Of a stretch of DNA of 64,000 bases, positions 44,529-57,234 are shown piece after piece. How positions within the stretch are numbered: position 1 is the first letter of the stretch; each line of letters starts with the position of its first letter. Both the position numbers and the translations under genes were made by a program. Source of the DNA: Alphaproteobacteria bacterium (lineage in GTDB: Bacteria > Pseudomonadota > Alphaproteobacteria > GCA-2731375); NCBI GenBank assembly GCA_965232515.1, contig CBDDPY010000002.1, positions 928,001 to 992,000 on the forward strand, written 5' to 3'. The notes under the pieces were generated by a model that searched no databases, was not told the DNA's origin, and worked only from the letters and a program-made list of their open reading frames with translations.

Positions 44529-45829
44529 CCGTCCAGTCGGTCCAGCAGCCGGTACCAGGTCCGGAGGCCGGTCACGGCGAGGCCGCGCAGCGGATGCAAT
44601 GGGATGCCTCGCAACGGACTGACGGGCAGGCCGAAGGCCGGGTCATGGACGCCGCGCGCCCGTTCGGCTAAGAGCTTACCCATGACCGTCGCCATGGCGA
44701 TACCGCGGCCGTTATAGCCCAGGCCGGCCCACAGCCCCGGGGCCAGCTCGTGCAGATGGGGCAGATGATCCGGCGTCATCGCCACCCGCCCGGCCCAGGC
44801 ATATTCGAAGCGCGGCTCGGTGACCTGCGGCAGCATCTCGCGCACGCGCGCCTGCAGCATGCCGTAGATCTTCGGCAGGCCGCCGCCGAAGGCCGAGCCA
44901 CCGCCGCCCATCAGCAGCCGCCCATCGGCGTCGACCTGGTAGTACCACAGCACCCGCCGCGTATCCGACATGACCTGCCGGCCCGGCAGGACGGAACGCC
45001 GGACGTTCTCGCTTAACGGCGCCGTCGCGACCTGGGCGCTGAACACAGGCACCACGCTCTGCTTCAGGCCCGGCCAAAGACCGTCCGTGTAGCCGTTGGT
45101 GCACAGCAGCACCTGCTCGGCGCGGACCGTGCCATGCGCCGTCGCGACCTGCCAGCTGCCGTCCCCGCGCGCCAGGCCCGTTACCGGCGTCTCGCCATGC
45201 ACCTTCGCGCCGGCCGCCATCGCCGCCCGGGCCAAGCCGCGCACATAGCTCAGCGGCTGAATGCCGCCGCCGCGCCGGTCGATCCAGCCGCCGTGGTAAC
45301 GATCCGTGCCCAGCATGTCGGCCAGCCGGTCCGGCTCCAGCCAGTCCACATCGACGCCGCGTTCGGCCCACTGTGCGTGACGGCGCTGCAGCATCGGCAG
45401 CTTTGAGGGATGGTGTGCCGGCTGGATCCAGCCGGTCTGGCGGGCGTCGCAGTCGATGCCGTGCCGTTCAATCAATGAGAAAACCAGGTCGGCGGACCCG
45501 CCCGACGCCGCGATCACGCCCTCTGCGGCATCGGGCCCCAGCAGGCGGATCAGCTTGTCGGGATCGTGTTTCAGGCCGGGAATGACCTGACCGCCATTCC
45601 GTCCCGAGGCGCCCCAGCCGGGCGCCTCCGCCTCCAGCACGACTGCATCCACACCGGCTTCGGCCAGGTGCAGCGCGGCCGAAAGACCGGTGAATCCGCC
45701 ACCGACGATAGCGACATCGGCGCTGATATCGCCATCGAGCCGCGGCGTCGACGGTGCCGCAATGGCCGTTGTCGCCCAGAGCGAGGGCGGTAGGCCGGGG
45801 CCGTCCATGTCGTGTGCTAGAATCGCCAT
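44525..45829 (-). CDS. FAD-dependent oxidoreductase (DadA/PuuB family)
   Basis: IVGGGFTGLSAALHLA, GASGRNGGQ, CTNGY, GYNGRG. Confidence 0.92.
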   Translation of the reverse strand: MAILAHDMDGPGLPPSLWATTAIAAPSTPRLDGDISADVAIVGGGFTGLSAALHLAEAGVDAVVLEAEAPGWGASGRNGGQVIPGLKHDPDKLIRLLGPDAAEGVIAASGGSADLVFSLIERHGIDCDARQTGWIQPAHHPSKLPMLQRRHAQWAERGVDVDWLEPDRLADMLGTDRYHGGWIDRRGGGIQPLSYVRGLARAAMAAGAKVHGETPVTGLARGDGSWQVATAHGTVRAEQVLLCTNGYTDGLWPGLKQSVVPVFSAQVATAPLSENVRRSVLPGRQVMSDTRRVLWYYQVDADGRLLMGGGGSAFGGGLPKIYGMLQARVREMLPQVTEPRFEYAWAGRVAMTPDHLPHLHELAPGLWAGLGYNGRGIAMATVMGKLLAERARGVHDPAFGLPVSPLRGIPLHPLRGLAVTGLRTWYRLLDRLDG

Positions 45830-45904
45830 TGGTGATATTTTAGCCCAAGCTGCATCGGACGTTTCAGACGCACATTAACACCCCCTGCGCTAAGATCGCC
45901 GGCG

Positions 45905-46723
45905 ATGGAATCGGTCGCCAAGATTGTCCTGACCGCCGTTGTCGCCTACGCGGCGCTGGTCGCCGTGATGTATGTCATGCAGCGCAACATGATGTACTTC
46001 CCCGCCGGCGCGCTGCCGGCGCCGGCGGCGGCCGGCATGCCGGAGCTCACGACGGTTCAGCTGGCGACCGATGACGGGCTGACGCTCACCTCCTGGTACG
46101 CGGCGCCGGCGTCTGCCGGCAGGCCGGTCATCGTCTATTTCCATGGCAACGGCGGCAGCATCGCCGGCCGCACCTTCAAGACCCGTCCGTTCGTCGAGGC
46201 CGGCTACGGCCTGCTGCTGGTCAGCTATCGCGGCTACGGCGGCAATCCGGGCAATCCGACCGAGGACGGCCTGATGGCCGACGGTCGCGCGGCGCTCGCG
46301 TTCGTCGCGGGGCAGGGGGTCACGCCCGAGCGCACGGTGGTGCTGGGCGAGAGCCTGGGCAGCGGAGTCGCCGTCGCCATGGCGGCCGAGCATGACGTCG
46401 CCGCCGTCATCCTCGAAGCGCCCTATACCTCGACGGCGGATGCCGGCCAGCGCACCTTTCCGTTCATCCCGGTCAAGCTGCTGATGAAGGACCGGTTCGA
46501 CTCGCTCTCGCGCATCCGCCAGATCGACGCGCCGCTGCTGATCGTCCATGGCGAGCGCGACCGCACCATCCCGATCGATCTGGGTAAGATGCTGTTCGCC
46601 GCGGCGCTGGACCCCAAGGAAGCGCACTTCCTGCCCAACGCCGGCCATAACGACCTCGCCGACCACGGCCTCATCGACTACGAGCTGCGGTTCCTGGAAA
46701 AGCTGTTTCCGTCCAGCTCGTAA
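45905..46723 (+). CDS. Alpha/beta hydrolase (ABHD13/Bem46-like)
   Basis: N-terminal TM; FHGNGG, YRGYG, GESLG, HGERD, GHND. Confidence 0.9.
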   Translation: MESVAKIVLTAVVAYAALVAVMYVMQRNMMYFPAGALPAPAAAGMPELTTVQLATDDGLTLTSWYAAPASAGRPVIVYFHGNGGSIAGRTFKTRPFVEAGYGLLLVSYRGYGGNPGNPTEDGLMADGRAALAFVAGQGVTPERTVVLGESLGSGVAVAMAAEHDVAAVILEAPYTSTADAGQRTFPFIPVKLLMKDRFDSLSRIRQIDAPLLIVHGERDRTIPIDLGKMLFAAALDPKEAHFLPNAGHNDLADHGLIDYELRFLEKLFPSSS

Positions 46724-46747
46724 CAGGGACTGTCCCTGTTATCGAGC

Positions 46748-48379
46748 TCAGGCGGTGCCGTCGCGGAGCTTGGCGAGCGCCTGCGGGGTGTCGATGTCCA
46801 CGAAGATCGCGTCGTCGTCCATCGCCACTTCCGCCACCTGGTCGGCATGTTCGCCGATCAGGTGCTTGGCGCCGACGTCGCCCGCCACCTGGGCCATCTC
46901 GGCGAAGAACTGCCGGCCCCAGAGCACCGGGTTGCCGCGCTTGGCCTTGAAGGTCGGCACGCAGATCGCCCGGCCCTCGACCGGATTGAAACCGGCGATC
47001 AGGCGGTCGATATGCGCCGGTCGAACCCGCGGCATGTCGCCCAGCACGACAACCACGGCGTCGAGATCCTGGGGCAGGGCGTCGAGACCGGCGGCGAGCG
47101 ATGTGCTCAGGCCCTCGGCGAAATCGGGATTGTGTGCGAGCCCGACATCCTTGCCGGCGAGCGCCGACTGCACCGCATCCGGCTGATGGCCGGTCACGAC
47201 CACGACCGGGCCGGCCTGCGAGGCCAGCACCGTATCGACCACGCGGGCGACCATGGCATCGCCCTCGACCTCGGCCAGCAGCTTGTTGGCGGCGCCCATG
47301 CGGCGCGACTGTCCGGCCGCTAGCACCAACGCGCCGACCTTGGGCGCGCGGGGCGCCGCGACGACCACCTCGGCGTCGCCGGCGCGCGGCTGCGGCCGGG
47401 TGGTGATTTCCTTCAACAGGCCGCCAGCGCCCATGCGCATGATGTCCTGCCGTGTCACCGACAGGTCGGCCAGCAGCCGCGTCAGCACCCAGTCGAAGCC
47501 GTTCAGCTTGGGCGAGCGGGCGCAGCCCGGCAGCCCGACCACCGGCACCGCACCGTGATGGCCCATCAGCAACAGGTTGCCCGGATCGACCGGCATGCCG
47601 AAATGGTCGACGGCGCCGCCCGCCAGCACGATGCCGGCCGGCACCTCGTCGCGCCGGTCGGTAATGGCGGACGCGCCGAAGATCAGCACCGGATCGCAGC
47701 CGTCGTCGAGCTGCGCCTTAATCGCGGCGGCGACGGCCTCGGCGTCATGCGCGCAGCGGTCCTGCCGCTTCAGGCGGCTGCCCAGCGCCGACAGCCGCGC
47801 CTCCAGAACCTGTGCGGTCTTGTCCAGAACGCTGTCTTTGGTGCCGGGAAGTTGCGTCAGCACGATACCGGCGGCGTGCGGCTTCAGTTCGGCGATCCGC
47901 ACCAACGGCGCGCCGTCGCTTGCGACCGTCTCGGCCGCCTTGACGGCGGCGGCAGGCGCGGCGAAGGGAATGATCTTCACCGTCGCCAGCATCTGGCCGG
48001 CCTCAACGATGTCGAAGGGCTCGACCGTGGCGATGGTGACGGCTTCGTCGAGCAGGTTCAGGTCATCGACCCGCGCCCGGTCGATGACCGCGACACCGCT
48101 GGTATCGGCGTAGAGATTACAGCGGCCGGTGAAGGCGGCCTGCCGCGTCACGTTGTCGCCGCGCGCCGCCTCGGCAATCCGCGTCGCGGCAGCGTCCTCG
48201 GGCACGTCGCCGTCTTCCAGCCGCACGGCCACGACCGCGTTGATGCCGGCCTCCTGCAGTGCCACGACATCGTCGGCCGACAGCACGCGGCCCTTCTTCA
48301 TGGCGAGCCCGGGCAGGCGGACGCTATGCACCAGCGTCGCGCCGACCGCGTCGTCGAGCGGCGTGCGGCCGAAGATCAT
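46748..48379 (-). CDS. Molybdopterin-binding domain / MocA-type cytidylyltransferase fusion
   Basis: FTGRCNLYA, GMPVDPGNLL, PGCARSPK; C-terminal LAAGQSRRMG..NKLL, LGDMP, GNPVLW, GDVGA. Confidence 0.9.
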   Translation of the reverse strand: MIFGRTPLDDAVGATLVHSVRLPGLAMKKGRVLSADDVVALQEAGINAVVAVRLEDGDVPEDAAATRIAEAARGDNVTRQAAFTGRCNLYADTSGVAVIDRARVDDLNLLDEAVTIATVEPFDIVEAGQMLATVKIIPFAAPAAAVKAAETVASDGAPLVRIAELKPHAAGIVLTQLPGTKDSVLDKTAQVLEARLSALGSRLKRQDRCAHDAEAVAAAIKAQLDDGCDPVLIFGASAITDRRDEVPAGIVLAGGAVDHFGMPVDPGNLLLMGHHGAVPVVGLPGCARSPKLNGFDWVLTRLLADLSVTRQDIMRMGAGGLLKEITTRPQPRAGDAEVVVAAPRAPKVGALVLAAGQSRRMGAANKLLAEVEGDAMVARVVDTVLASQAGPVVVVTGHQPDAVQSALAGKDVGLAHNPDFAEGLSTSLAAGLDALPQDLDAVVVVLGDMPRVRPAHIDRLIAGFNPVEGRAICVPTFKAKRGNPVLWGRQFFAEMAQVAGDVGAKHLIGEHADQVAEVAMDDDAIFVDIDTPQALAKLRDGTA

Positions 48380-49065
48380 GACGCCCCGCGGCGCAGCACC
48401 TCGGTCACCTGCGCCATGATCGCGACCGCGATCTCGGCCGGCGACTTGGCGCCGATGGCAAGGCCGACCGGTCCGTGGATGCGCGCGAAATCCTGGTCGT
48501 TAAAACCTTCCGCCGTCAGCCGGTCATTGCGCTTGGCATGCGTGCGCGAACTGCCGAGCGCGCCGATATAAAACGGACGCGCCTTCAGCGCGACGGCGAG
48601 CGCCGGATCGTCCAGCTTCGGATCGTGCGTCAGCAGCACCACAGCCGTGCGGGCGTCGGGCGCCAGCTTCTCCATGGCCTCGTCCGGCCAGTCGTCCGAC
48701 AGGTTGATGCCGGGAAAGCGGTCTTCGCTGGCGAACGCCCCGCGCGGATCGATCACCGTCACGTCATAGCCGGCGAGCACCGCCATCTGCGACAACGGCT
48801 GGGCGATATGCACCGCGCCGACGATGGCCATGCGCAGCGGCGGATTGAAGACATGCAGGAAGACATTGCCGTCATCGGTCTCGACGGTCGTGCTCTTGTC
48901 GCTGCGCACCGTCTCGGCTGCCGCCGCTATCAATGGGCTGTCTCCGGCGCCGTCGTCGCCCGGATAAAGCAATTCCTCGCGGCCGCCATCGAGCCAGGTC
49001 GCCAGCACGACCGGCCGCTTCGCCGCCCTGTCGGCCAGCAGTTGTTTGAGCGTTTCGGACTTCAT
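48376..49065 (-). CDS. XdhC/CoxF-family Moco chaperone, C-terminal (Rossmann) half
   Basis: IVGAVHIAQ, LTHDPKLDD, YIGALGS, GPVGLAIGA.SPAEIA. Confidence 0.9.
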   Translation of the reverse strand: MKSETLKQLLADRAAKRPVVLATWLDGGREELLYPGDDGAGDSPLIAAAAETVRSDKSTTVETDDGNVFLHVFNPPLRMAIVGAVHIAQPLSQMAVLAGYDVTVIDPRGAFASEDRFPGINLSDDWPDEAMEKLAPDARTAVVLLTHDPKLDDPALAVALKARPFYIGALGSSRTHAKRNDRLTAEGFNDQDFARIHGPVGLAIGAKSPAEIAVAIMAQVTEVLRRGAS

Positions 49066-49382
49066 TCAAGCCGCTCGACGAAGACATTGATCTCGCCGCC
49101 GCAGGCGAGGCCCACTTCCCAGGCCATCTCGTCGCTGACGCCATAGTGCAAGAGCCGCGTGCCGCCCTCGCGGATGATCTCGCGGGCCTCGTGCACGACG
49201 GCGCCCTCGATGCAGCCGCCCGAGACCGAGCCGACGAAATTGCCGGCCTCGTCGATGGCGACCTGGCTGCCGACCGGCCGCGGCGACGAGCCCCAGGTGC
49301 TGACCACCGTCGCCAGCGCCACGCCCTTGCCGGCGGCCTGCCATTCGGCGGCCTGTTCCAGAACCTTCTCGTGATCGATCAT
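49062..49382 (-). CDS. XdhC/CoxI-family Moco chaperone, N-terminal half
   Basis: ALATVVSTWGSSPRP.G, GSVSGGCIEG, VGLACGG. Confidence 0.9.
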   Translation of the reverse strand: MIDHEKVLEQAAEWQAAGKGVALATVVSTWGSSPRPVGSQVAIDEAGNFVGSVSGGCIEGAVVHEAREIIREGGTRLLHYGVSDEMAWEVGLACGGEINVFVERLE

Positions 49383-49383
49383 G

Positions 49384-50634
49384 TCATGCGACCTCTCGCT
49401 CCGTCCCGCCGCCTTCCTCGCGCCGCGGTCCCATATGGCTCAGCGCGTCGGCCAGATCGGCAAGGCTATTCAGGTTGTGTACCGTGCGGAAATCGTCGAC
49501 GTGCGGCAACATCGCCCGTACACCCCTGGATTTGGGCTCGAATCCATCATAGCGCAAGAGCGGGTTCAGCCAGATCAACCGCCGGCAGGATTTATGCAGG
49601 CGCTCCATCTCGGCGTCGATGCCTTCGCCCGCGTCCCGGTCCAGGCCGTCCGAGATCATCACCAGCACCGCGCCCTGGCCCAGCACCCGGCGCGACCACT
49701 GATTGTTGAAGTCCTTGATGCAGGCGCCGATGCGGGTGCCGCCCGACCAATCCTCGACGGCATCCGAGACGCGCGCCAGCGCGATGTCGACGTCCTTCTG
49801 CCGCAGATGCCGCGTGATGTTGGTTAATCGGGTGCCGAACACGAAGGTATAAACCCGGTCGCGGTCGTTCGTCACCGCGTGCATGAAATGCAGGAACATG
49901 CGGCTATAGCGGCTCATGGAACCGGAGATGTCGCAGAGCACGACCAGCGGCGGATGCCGCCGCTTGCGCGAGCGCCGCTTCAGCGGGATGGTGCCGCCGG
50001 CACGGAGCGCGGCCCGGAGCGTCGCCCGCATATCGACCCGGCGGCCGCGTGGATTGGGCGTCAACCGGCGCACCGGCACGTCCATGATCGGCAAACGCAT
50101 GCGCGCGATGGCCGCCTTGGCCGCTGCCATCTCCTCGGCCGACATGGCCTCGAAATCCATGTCTTGCAGCACCTCGCGGGCCGAAAAGGTGAAGGCGGCG
50201 TCGAACTCGACCTCCTGGCCTTCCTCTTCCTCGTCGTCGCCCTCGCCACGCTGCGGCAGCATGGCGTCCGCCAGCCGTCGGCTGACCTCGTCGCGGTCCT
50301 CGGGCTCTCCGTCGCCGCCGATCGCCGGCAGCATCATCGACATCATCTTTTCCAGGATCTGCGGATTGCGCCAGAAGATATGGAAGGCCTGGTCGAACAG
50401 CTCGCGCTGGTCGTAGCGGTTGACGAAGACCGAGAACAGCGCCCAGTAGAGATCGTCCCGCTGGCCGATGCCGGCAATCTGCACGGCACGCACGGCCTCG
50501 ATCACCTTGCCCGGGCCGACCGGCAGGCCGGCGGCCCTGAGCACGCGGCCGAAATGCATGATGTTCTCGGCGATCTTGCCACCATCGGGCGGCGGGCCGC
50601 CGGGCAGGCCGGACGCGTCGGTGGGCGCGTTCAT
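49384..50634 (-). CDS. coxE: CoxE-like VWA domain protein
   Basis: LCDISGSM MIDAS, FGTRLTNIT, WSGGTRIG, ISDG, WLNPL; start ATG 50634. Confidence 0.9.
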   Translation of the reverse strand: MNAPTDASGLPGGPPPDGGKIAENIMHFGRVLRAAGLPVGPGKVIEAVRAVQIAGIGQRDDLYWALFSVFVNRYDQRELFDQAFHIFWRNPQILEKMMSMMLPAIGGDGEPEDRDEVSRRLADAMLPQRGEGDDEEEEGQEVEFDAAFTFSAREVLQDMDFEAMSAEEMAAAKAAIARMRLPIMDVPVRRLTPNPRGRRVDMRATLRAALRAGGTIPLKRRSRKRRHPPLVVLCDISGSMSRYSRMFLHFMHAVTNDRDRVYTFVFGTRLTNITRHLRQKDVDIALARVSDAVEDWSGGTRIGACIKDFNNQWSRRVLGQGAVLVMISDGLDRDAGEGIDAEMERLHKSCRRLIWLNPLLRYDGFEPKSRGVRAMLPHVDDFRTVHNLNSLADLADALSHMGPRREEGGGTEREVA

Positions 50635-51563
50635 GCGCCCGATGTGGCGAGCTCGGACTTGACCTCCTGTAGCAGGCGGGCCGCCTCGCTTCCCTGGATC
50701 TTCTGGATGTCGTCCTGATACTTCAGCAGCACGCCCAGCGTGTTGTCGATGGTCTCCGGGTCCAGCGCCAGCTTGTCGAGCTGGGTCAGCGCCGCCGCCC
50801 AGTCCAGCGTCTCGGCGATGCCGGGTTGCTTGAACAGATCGGTGCCGCGCAGGCGCTGCACGAAGGCGACGATCTGCCGGCTGAGGTCGGCGTCGGCGCC
50901 AGGCACCTTGGTGCGCACGATCGCCAACTCGCGCTCGGCGTCGGGATAGTCGACCCAGTGATAGAGGCAACGCCGCTTCAGCGCATCGTGGATCTCGCGC
51001 GTCCGGTTCGAGGTGATGATGACGAGCGGCGGCGTATCCGCCGTCATGGTGCCGATCTCGGGAATGGTGATCTGGAAGTCGGACAGAACCTCCAGCAGAT
51101 AAGCCTCGAACGGCTCGTCGGTTCGGTCCAGCTCGTCGATCAGCAGCACCGGCGCACCGGCTGGATCGGCTTCCAGCGCCGTCAGCAGCGGCCGCTTGAT
51201 CAGGAATTCGCTCCGGAACACGTCCTCGCCCAGCTTCGCGCGGTCAACGCCGCCGGCGGCCTCGGCGAGGCGGATCTCGATCATCTGGCGCGCGTAGTTC
51301 CATTCGTAGACGGCGGAGGCCACGTCGAGGCCCTCGTAGCACTGCAGGCGCACCAGCCGGCGGCCCAGCGTCTCCGACAGCACCTTGGCGATCTCGGTCT
51401 TGCCGACGCCGGCCTCGCCCTCGAGGAACAACGGCCGGCCCATGGCCAGCGACAGATAAAGCGTCGTCGCCAGCGAGCGGTCGGCGATGTAGTTGCCGGC
51501 GCTCAACAGGTCCATGGTGGCGTCAATGGAGTCGGGCAGGGGCTTCGGCGCCATAATGGTCAT
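50631..51563 (-). CDS. coxD: CoxD-like MoxR AAA+ ATPase
   Basis: GEAGVGKT, RLQCYEGLD, LLIDELD, TSNRTRE.HDALKRRC. Confidence 0.92.
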   Translation of the reverse strand: MTIMAPKPLPDSIDATMDLLSAGNYIADRSLATTLYLSLAMGRPLFLEGEAGVGKTEIAKVLSETLGRRLVRLQCYEGLDVASAVYEWNYARQMIEIRLAEAAGGVDRAKLGEDVFRSEFLIKRPLLTALEADPAGAPVLLIDELDRTDEPFEAYLLEVLSDFQITIPEIGTMTADTPPLVIITSNRTREIHDALKRRCLYHWVDYPDAERELAIVRTKVPGADADLSRQIVAFVQRLRGTDLFKQPGIAETLDWAAALTQLDKLALDPETIDNTLGVLLKYQDDIQKIQGSEAARLLQEVKSELATSGA

Positions 51564-51588
51564 CTCAATTCAGGTGCGTAATCGCAGA

Positions 51589-51625
51589 CAAAACGAGGGG
51601 CGGCACGGTTTGGCCGCGCCGCCCC
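51589..51625 (-). terminator. Terminator-like hairpin between coxM and coxD
   Basis: GGGGCGGC...GCCGCCCC stem followed on the minus strand by TCGTTTTG. Confidence 0.55.
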
Positions 51626-51651
51626 ATTATAGTTGGTTTCGGGCCGTTCGC

Positions 51652-52449
51652 TCAGCCGTTCGCCTGATCGACAGCCCGGCGGGCGATGACGCCGACCAGA
51701 TGCGCCCGGTACTCGGCCGAGGCATGGATGTCGGAATTCATGCCATCGGCCGACGTTGCGACGTTCGCCAGCGCGTCGGACGAGAAGTTGCCGGAAAGCG
51801 CGGCTTCCATGTCGGCATGCCGGTAGACGCAGGGCGCCGCGCCTGTCACCGCCACGCGAACGCCGCCGCTACCCTGGCTGACGAAGACGCCGACCATGGC
51901 GTAGCGCGATGCCGGGTTCGGGAACTTCACGTAACCCGCCTTCTGCGGCACCGGGAACGAGACGCTGGTGATGATCTCGTCCTCGGCCAGCGCGGTCTCG
52001 AACATGCCTGTGAAGAAGTCGTCGGCCGCGATCTCGCGCTTGTTGGTAGTGACCGTGGCGCCGAGCCCAAGCAGGGCCGAGGGGTAGTCGGCCGCCGGAT
52101 CGTTGTTGGCAATCGAGCCACCGATCGTGCCCATGTTTCGGACCTGCGGATCGCCGATACCGCCGGCGAGTTTCGCCAACGCCGGGATTGCGCTGGCGAC
52201 CTCGCCCGAGGCGGCCACCGCGGCATGCCGCGTGGTGGCGCCGATCTTCACCGCATCGCCCGAGACGCTGATGCCGCTCAGCTCGCCGATGCCGCCGAGA
52301 TCGATCACGTCGGACGGCTGCGCCAGACGTTGCTTCAACGTCGGGATCAGGGTTTGACCGCCGGCCATCAGCTTGCCGTCGGCGGCCGAGTTCAGCGCCG
52401 CCGTCGCGTCGGCCAGGCTGCCGGGCTTGTGATATGCGAATTCGTACAT
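51652..52449 (-). CDS. coxM: CoxM-like FAD-binding medium subunit
   Basis: AGGQTLIP, QVRNMGTIGGS.ANNDP.AD, DIHASAEYR. Confidence 0.92.
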   Translation of the reverse strand: MYEFAYHKPGSLADATAALNSAADGKLMAGGQTLIPTLKQRLAQPSDVIDLGGIGELSGISVSGDAVKIGATTRHAAVAASGEVASAIPALAKLAGGIGDPQVRNMGTIGGSIANNDPAADYPSALLGLGATVTTNKREIAADDFFTGMFETALAEDEIITSVSFPVPQKAGYVKFPNPASRYAMVGVFVSQGSGGVRVAVTGAAPCVYRHADMEAALSGNFSSDALANVATSADGMNSDIHASAEYRAHLVGVIARRAVDQANG

Positions 52450-52467
52450 TTGACCTGTCTCTCCCTG

Positions 52468-54837
<2,370 letters not shown>

Positions 54838-54838
54838 A

Positions 54839-55306
<468 letters not shown>

Positions 55307-55475
55307 GCCATCCTCCCTATCGGAACACCTTTAGATCTTGAACGAGAGCGCGTTTGGTCAAGCACCAAAATGGCGGTGCCGACCGGAAATCCCTCTTGAT
55401 TTGGCAGTGTTTAGCTTTGCGCAACCGAGGTCAAGCATGGAACGCCGAACGGGACCGGCGAACCCGCATTCGGCG

Positions 55476-56177
55476 CTAATCCGCATAGAACATCAGCAAC
55501 AGCACGATGACCACGATAAGCCCGGCCGCCCAGGCCCAGGTCGGCACGCCGCGATAAGGCTGCACCTGCGGCAGTTCCTCGCGCGGCGGCGGTGCGGCCT
55601 CGGCCTCGGGCCGCGGCGCCTCTGTCGCCGGCGCTTCGGGCGCCGGTGGTGCGGCCTCGGCCGGTGGCGGCGCCGGTTCCGCCGGCGGCGGGGCTTCCGG
55701 TGCTGCGGCTTCAGCGGGCGGGGCTTCGACAGCGGGGGCGGCGGCCACGAGCTCGCCGAACTTGCCGAAGAAGTCGTCGGCCATCTTCGCCGCCACGCCG
55801 TCGATCAGCCGCGAGCCGATCTGCGCCAGCTTGCCGCCGACCGTGGCGTTGACCTTGTAGGTCAGCACGGTCTCGTCGCCGTCCTCGGCCAGATGCACGT
55901 CGGCGCCGCCCTTGGCGAAACCGGCCGCGCCGCCTTTGCCTTCGCCGCTGATCGTGTAGCTCTCGGGCGGGTTCAGGTCCGACAGCGTCACCTGACCCTT
56001 GAACTTGGCCTTCACCGGCCCGACCTTGGCCGTCACCGTCGCGGCAAAGCCGCCGTCGTCGGTCTGCTCCAGGCTCTCGCAGCCGGCGATCGACGCCTTC
56101 AGCACCTCCGGATCGTTGAGCGCGTCCCAAACCCGCTGCCGGGGCGCGGGAATCCGGCGCTCACCCGTCATTTCCAT
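55476..56177 (-). CDS. coxG: CoxG-like SRPBCC protein with Pro/Ala/Glu linker and C-terminal TM anchor
   Basis: VWDALNDP, KVGPVKA.F, GEGKGG.AGFAKG, GGKLAQIGSRL; hydrophobic C-terminus. Confidence 0.9.
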   Translation of the reverse strand: MEMTGERRIPAPRQRVWDALNDPEVLKASIAGCESLEQTDDGGFAATVTAKVGPVKAKFKGQVTLSDLNPPESYTISGEGKGGAAGFAKGGADVHLAEDGDETVLTYKVNATVGGKLAQIGSRLIDGVAAKMADDFFGKFGELVAAAPAVEAPPAEAAAPEAPPPAEPAPPPAEAAPPAPEAPATEAPRPEAEAAPPPREELPQVQPYRGVPTWAWAAGLIVVIVLLLMFYAD

Positions 56178-56263
56178 CGGTCAACCCCTCGTCTGTCATG
56201 TAATTGTCGGTTGTTGCGCGGGACCATAACGGACGCCCCCGCCGGACCGCAAGGACGGCCCGT

Positions 56264-56686
56264 TCAGGCGGCAAGCCGCAGCAGCACGAAACCGGCGATG
56301 CCGAGCTGAACCAGATTGATCAGCATGCTGAGCCCATGCAGCCAACGAAACGGCGTCTGCGCCCGCGCGTCGCCGGCGAGATGGGCGTCGCGATAGCGGT
56401 TGATCGCCGGCCGCAGCACGGCATCCGCGAACAGGAACAGGCCCGCGACCAGGCCCAGCAGCCAGCCATCAATCCGATAGTGCACCAGGATCGCCGCCAC
56501 CAGACTGCAGGCCAGCATCGTCCGGTAGTAGAGCGGAAAGACCGCCCGGATGTACCGGCCGCCGGCCTCCGACCCCAACGCCCGAAATGCTGTCGGGGCG
56601 GCGACGAAACTGAAAAACACCATCCCGCCCACCACCAGCGCCGTCAGAAACAAGGCACTGGTGTGGAAGTTGAGATACGTGGTCAT
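56264..56686 (-). CDS. DUF4149/TMEM205-like membrane protein
   Basis: GGMVFFSFVAAP.AF, FPLYY, LRPAIN, F.WLH.LS..INL. Confidence 0.82.
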   Translation of the reverse strand: MTTYLNFHTSALFLTALVVGGMVFFSFVAAPTAFRALGSEAGGRYIRAVFPLYYRTMLACSLVAAILVHYRIDGWLLGLVAGLFLFADAVLRPAINRYRDAHLAGDARAQTPFRWLHGLSMLINLVQLGIAGFVLLRLAA

Positions 56687-56812
56687 TTATGCAGATTTGT
56701 TTGGTCGGGGATGCCGAGACGACCCACCAGCAATTTTAACCGTGTTTTCAATGCGCATCCGTTATCATCGGATGAAATCTAAACGTACAGCATTCTATCT
56801 GGCGAGGCAGAC

Positions 56813-57013
56813 GTGTTACGCATTTCGTTCGAGCAAGAGGACGACGGTCGCTGGATTGCCGAGATTTCTGAGTTGCCGGGCGTCATGGCCTATGGCGCGA
56901 CGCGGGATGAGGCAAGAGCCAAAGTCGAGGCGTTGGCATTGCGGGCACTAGCAGACCGTCTAGAGCATGGCGAAAGCGTACCGGAGCTGGGTGAGCTCTT
57001 CGTTGCCGCATGA
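56813..57013 (+). CDS. hicB: HicB-family antitoxin (short, partial RNase H-fold only)
   Basis: EQEDDGRWIAEI.ELPGVMAYG.T.DEA. Confidence 0.85.
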   Translation: MLRISFEQEDDGRWIAEISELPGVMAYGATRDEARAKVEALALRALADRLEHGESVPELGELFVAA

Positions 57014-57222
57014 CCGAATGGCGGTCGATGCGGGCACGCCGAGTGCTGGCGGCCCTGTTGCGGATTGGTTGGCGGGTTAAGCGCCAAACAGGGTCTCATC
57101 GCGTGCTTGAGCGAACCGGTTGGCCCAACTACGTATTCGCGTTTCATGACCGCGAAGAGATCGGCCCAAGAATGCTCTCTCGCATTGCGCGCCATACAGG
57201 ACTCACACCAGACGACCTCTAA
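57010..57222 (+). CDS. hicA: HicA-family mRNA interferase toxin
   Basis: L.RIGW..KRQTGSHR (catalytic His), AFHDREEIGP.ML.RI; ATGA overlap with hicB. Confidence 0.88.
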   Translation: MTEWRSMRARRVLAALLRIGWRVKRQTGSHRVLERTGWPNYVFAFHDREEIGPRMLSRIARHTGLTPDDL

Positions 57223-57234
57223 CGTCGTTGGCCG

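Noticed and set aside
43354-46740. Genomic island at tRNA-Glu
   Set aside because: Downstream genes have typical composition; no integrase or att duplication
55590-55745. Repetitive GC-rich tract in coxG (also 36985-37140) as a tandem repeat or CRISPR
   Set aside because: Encodes Pro/Ala-rich linkers; no fixed-length repeat-spacer periodicity and no cas genes
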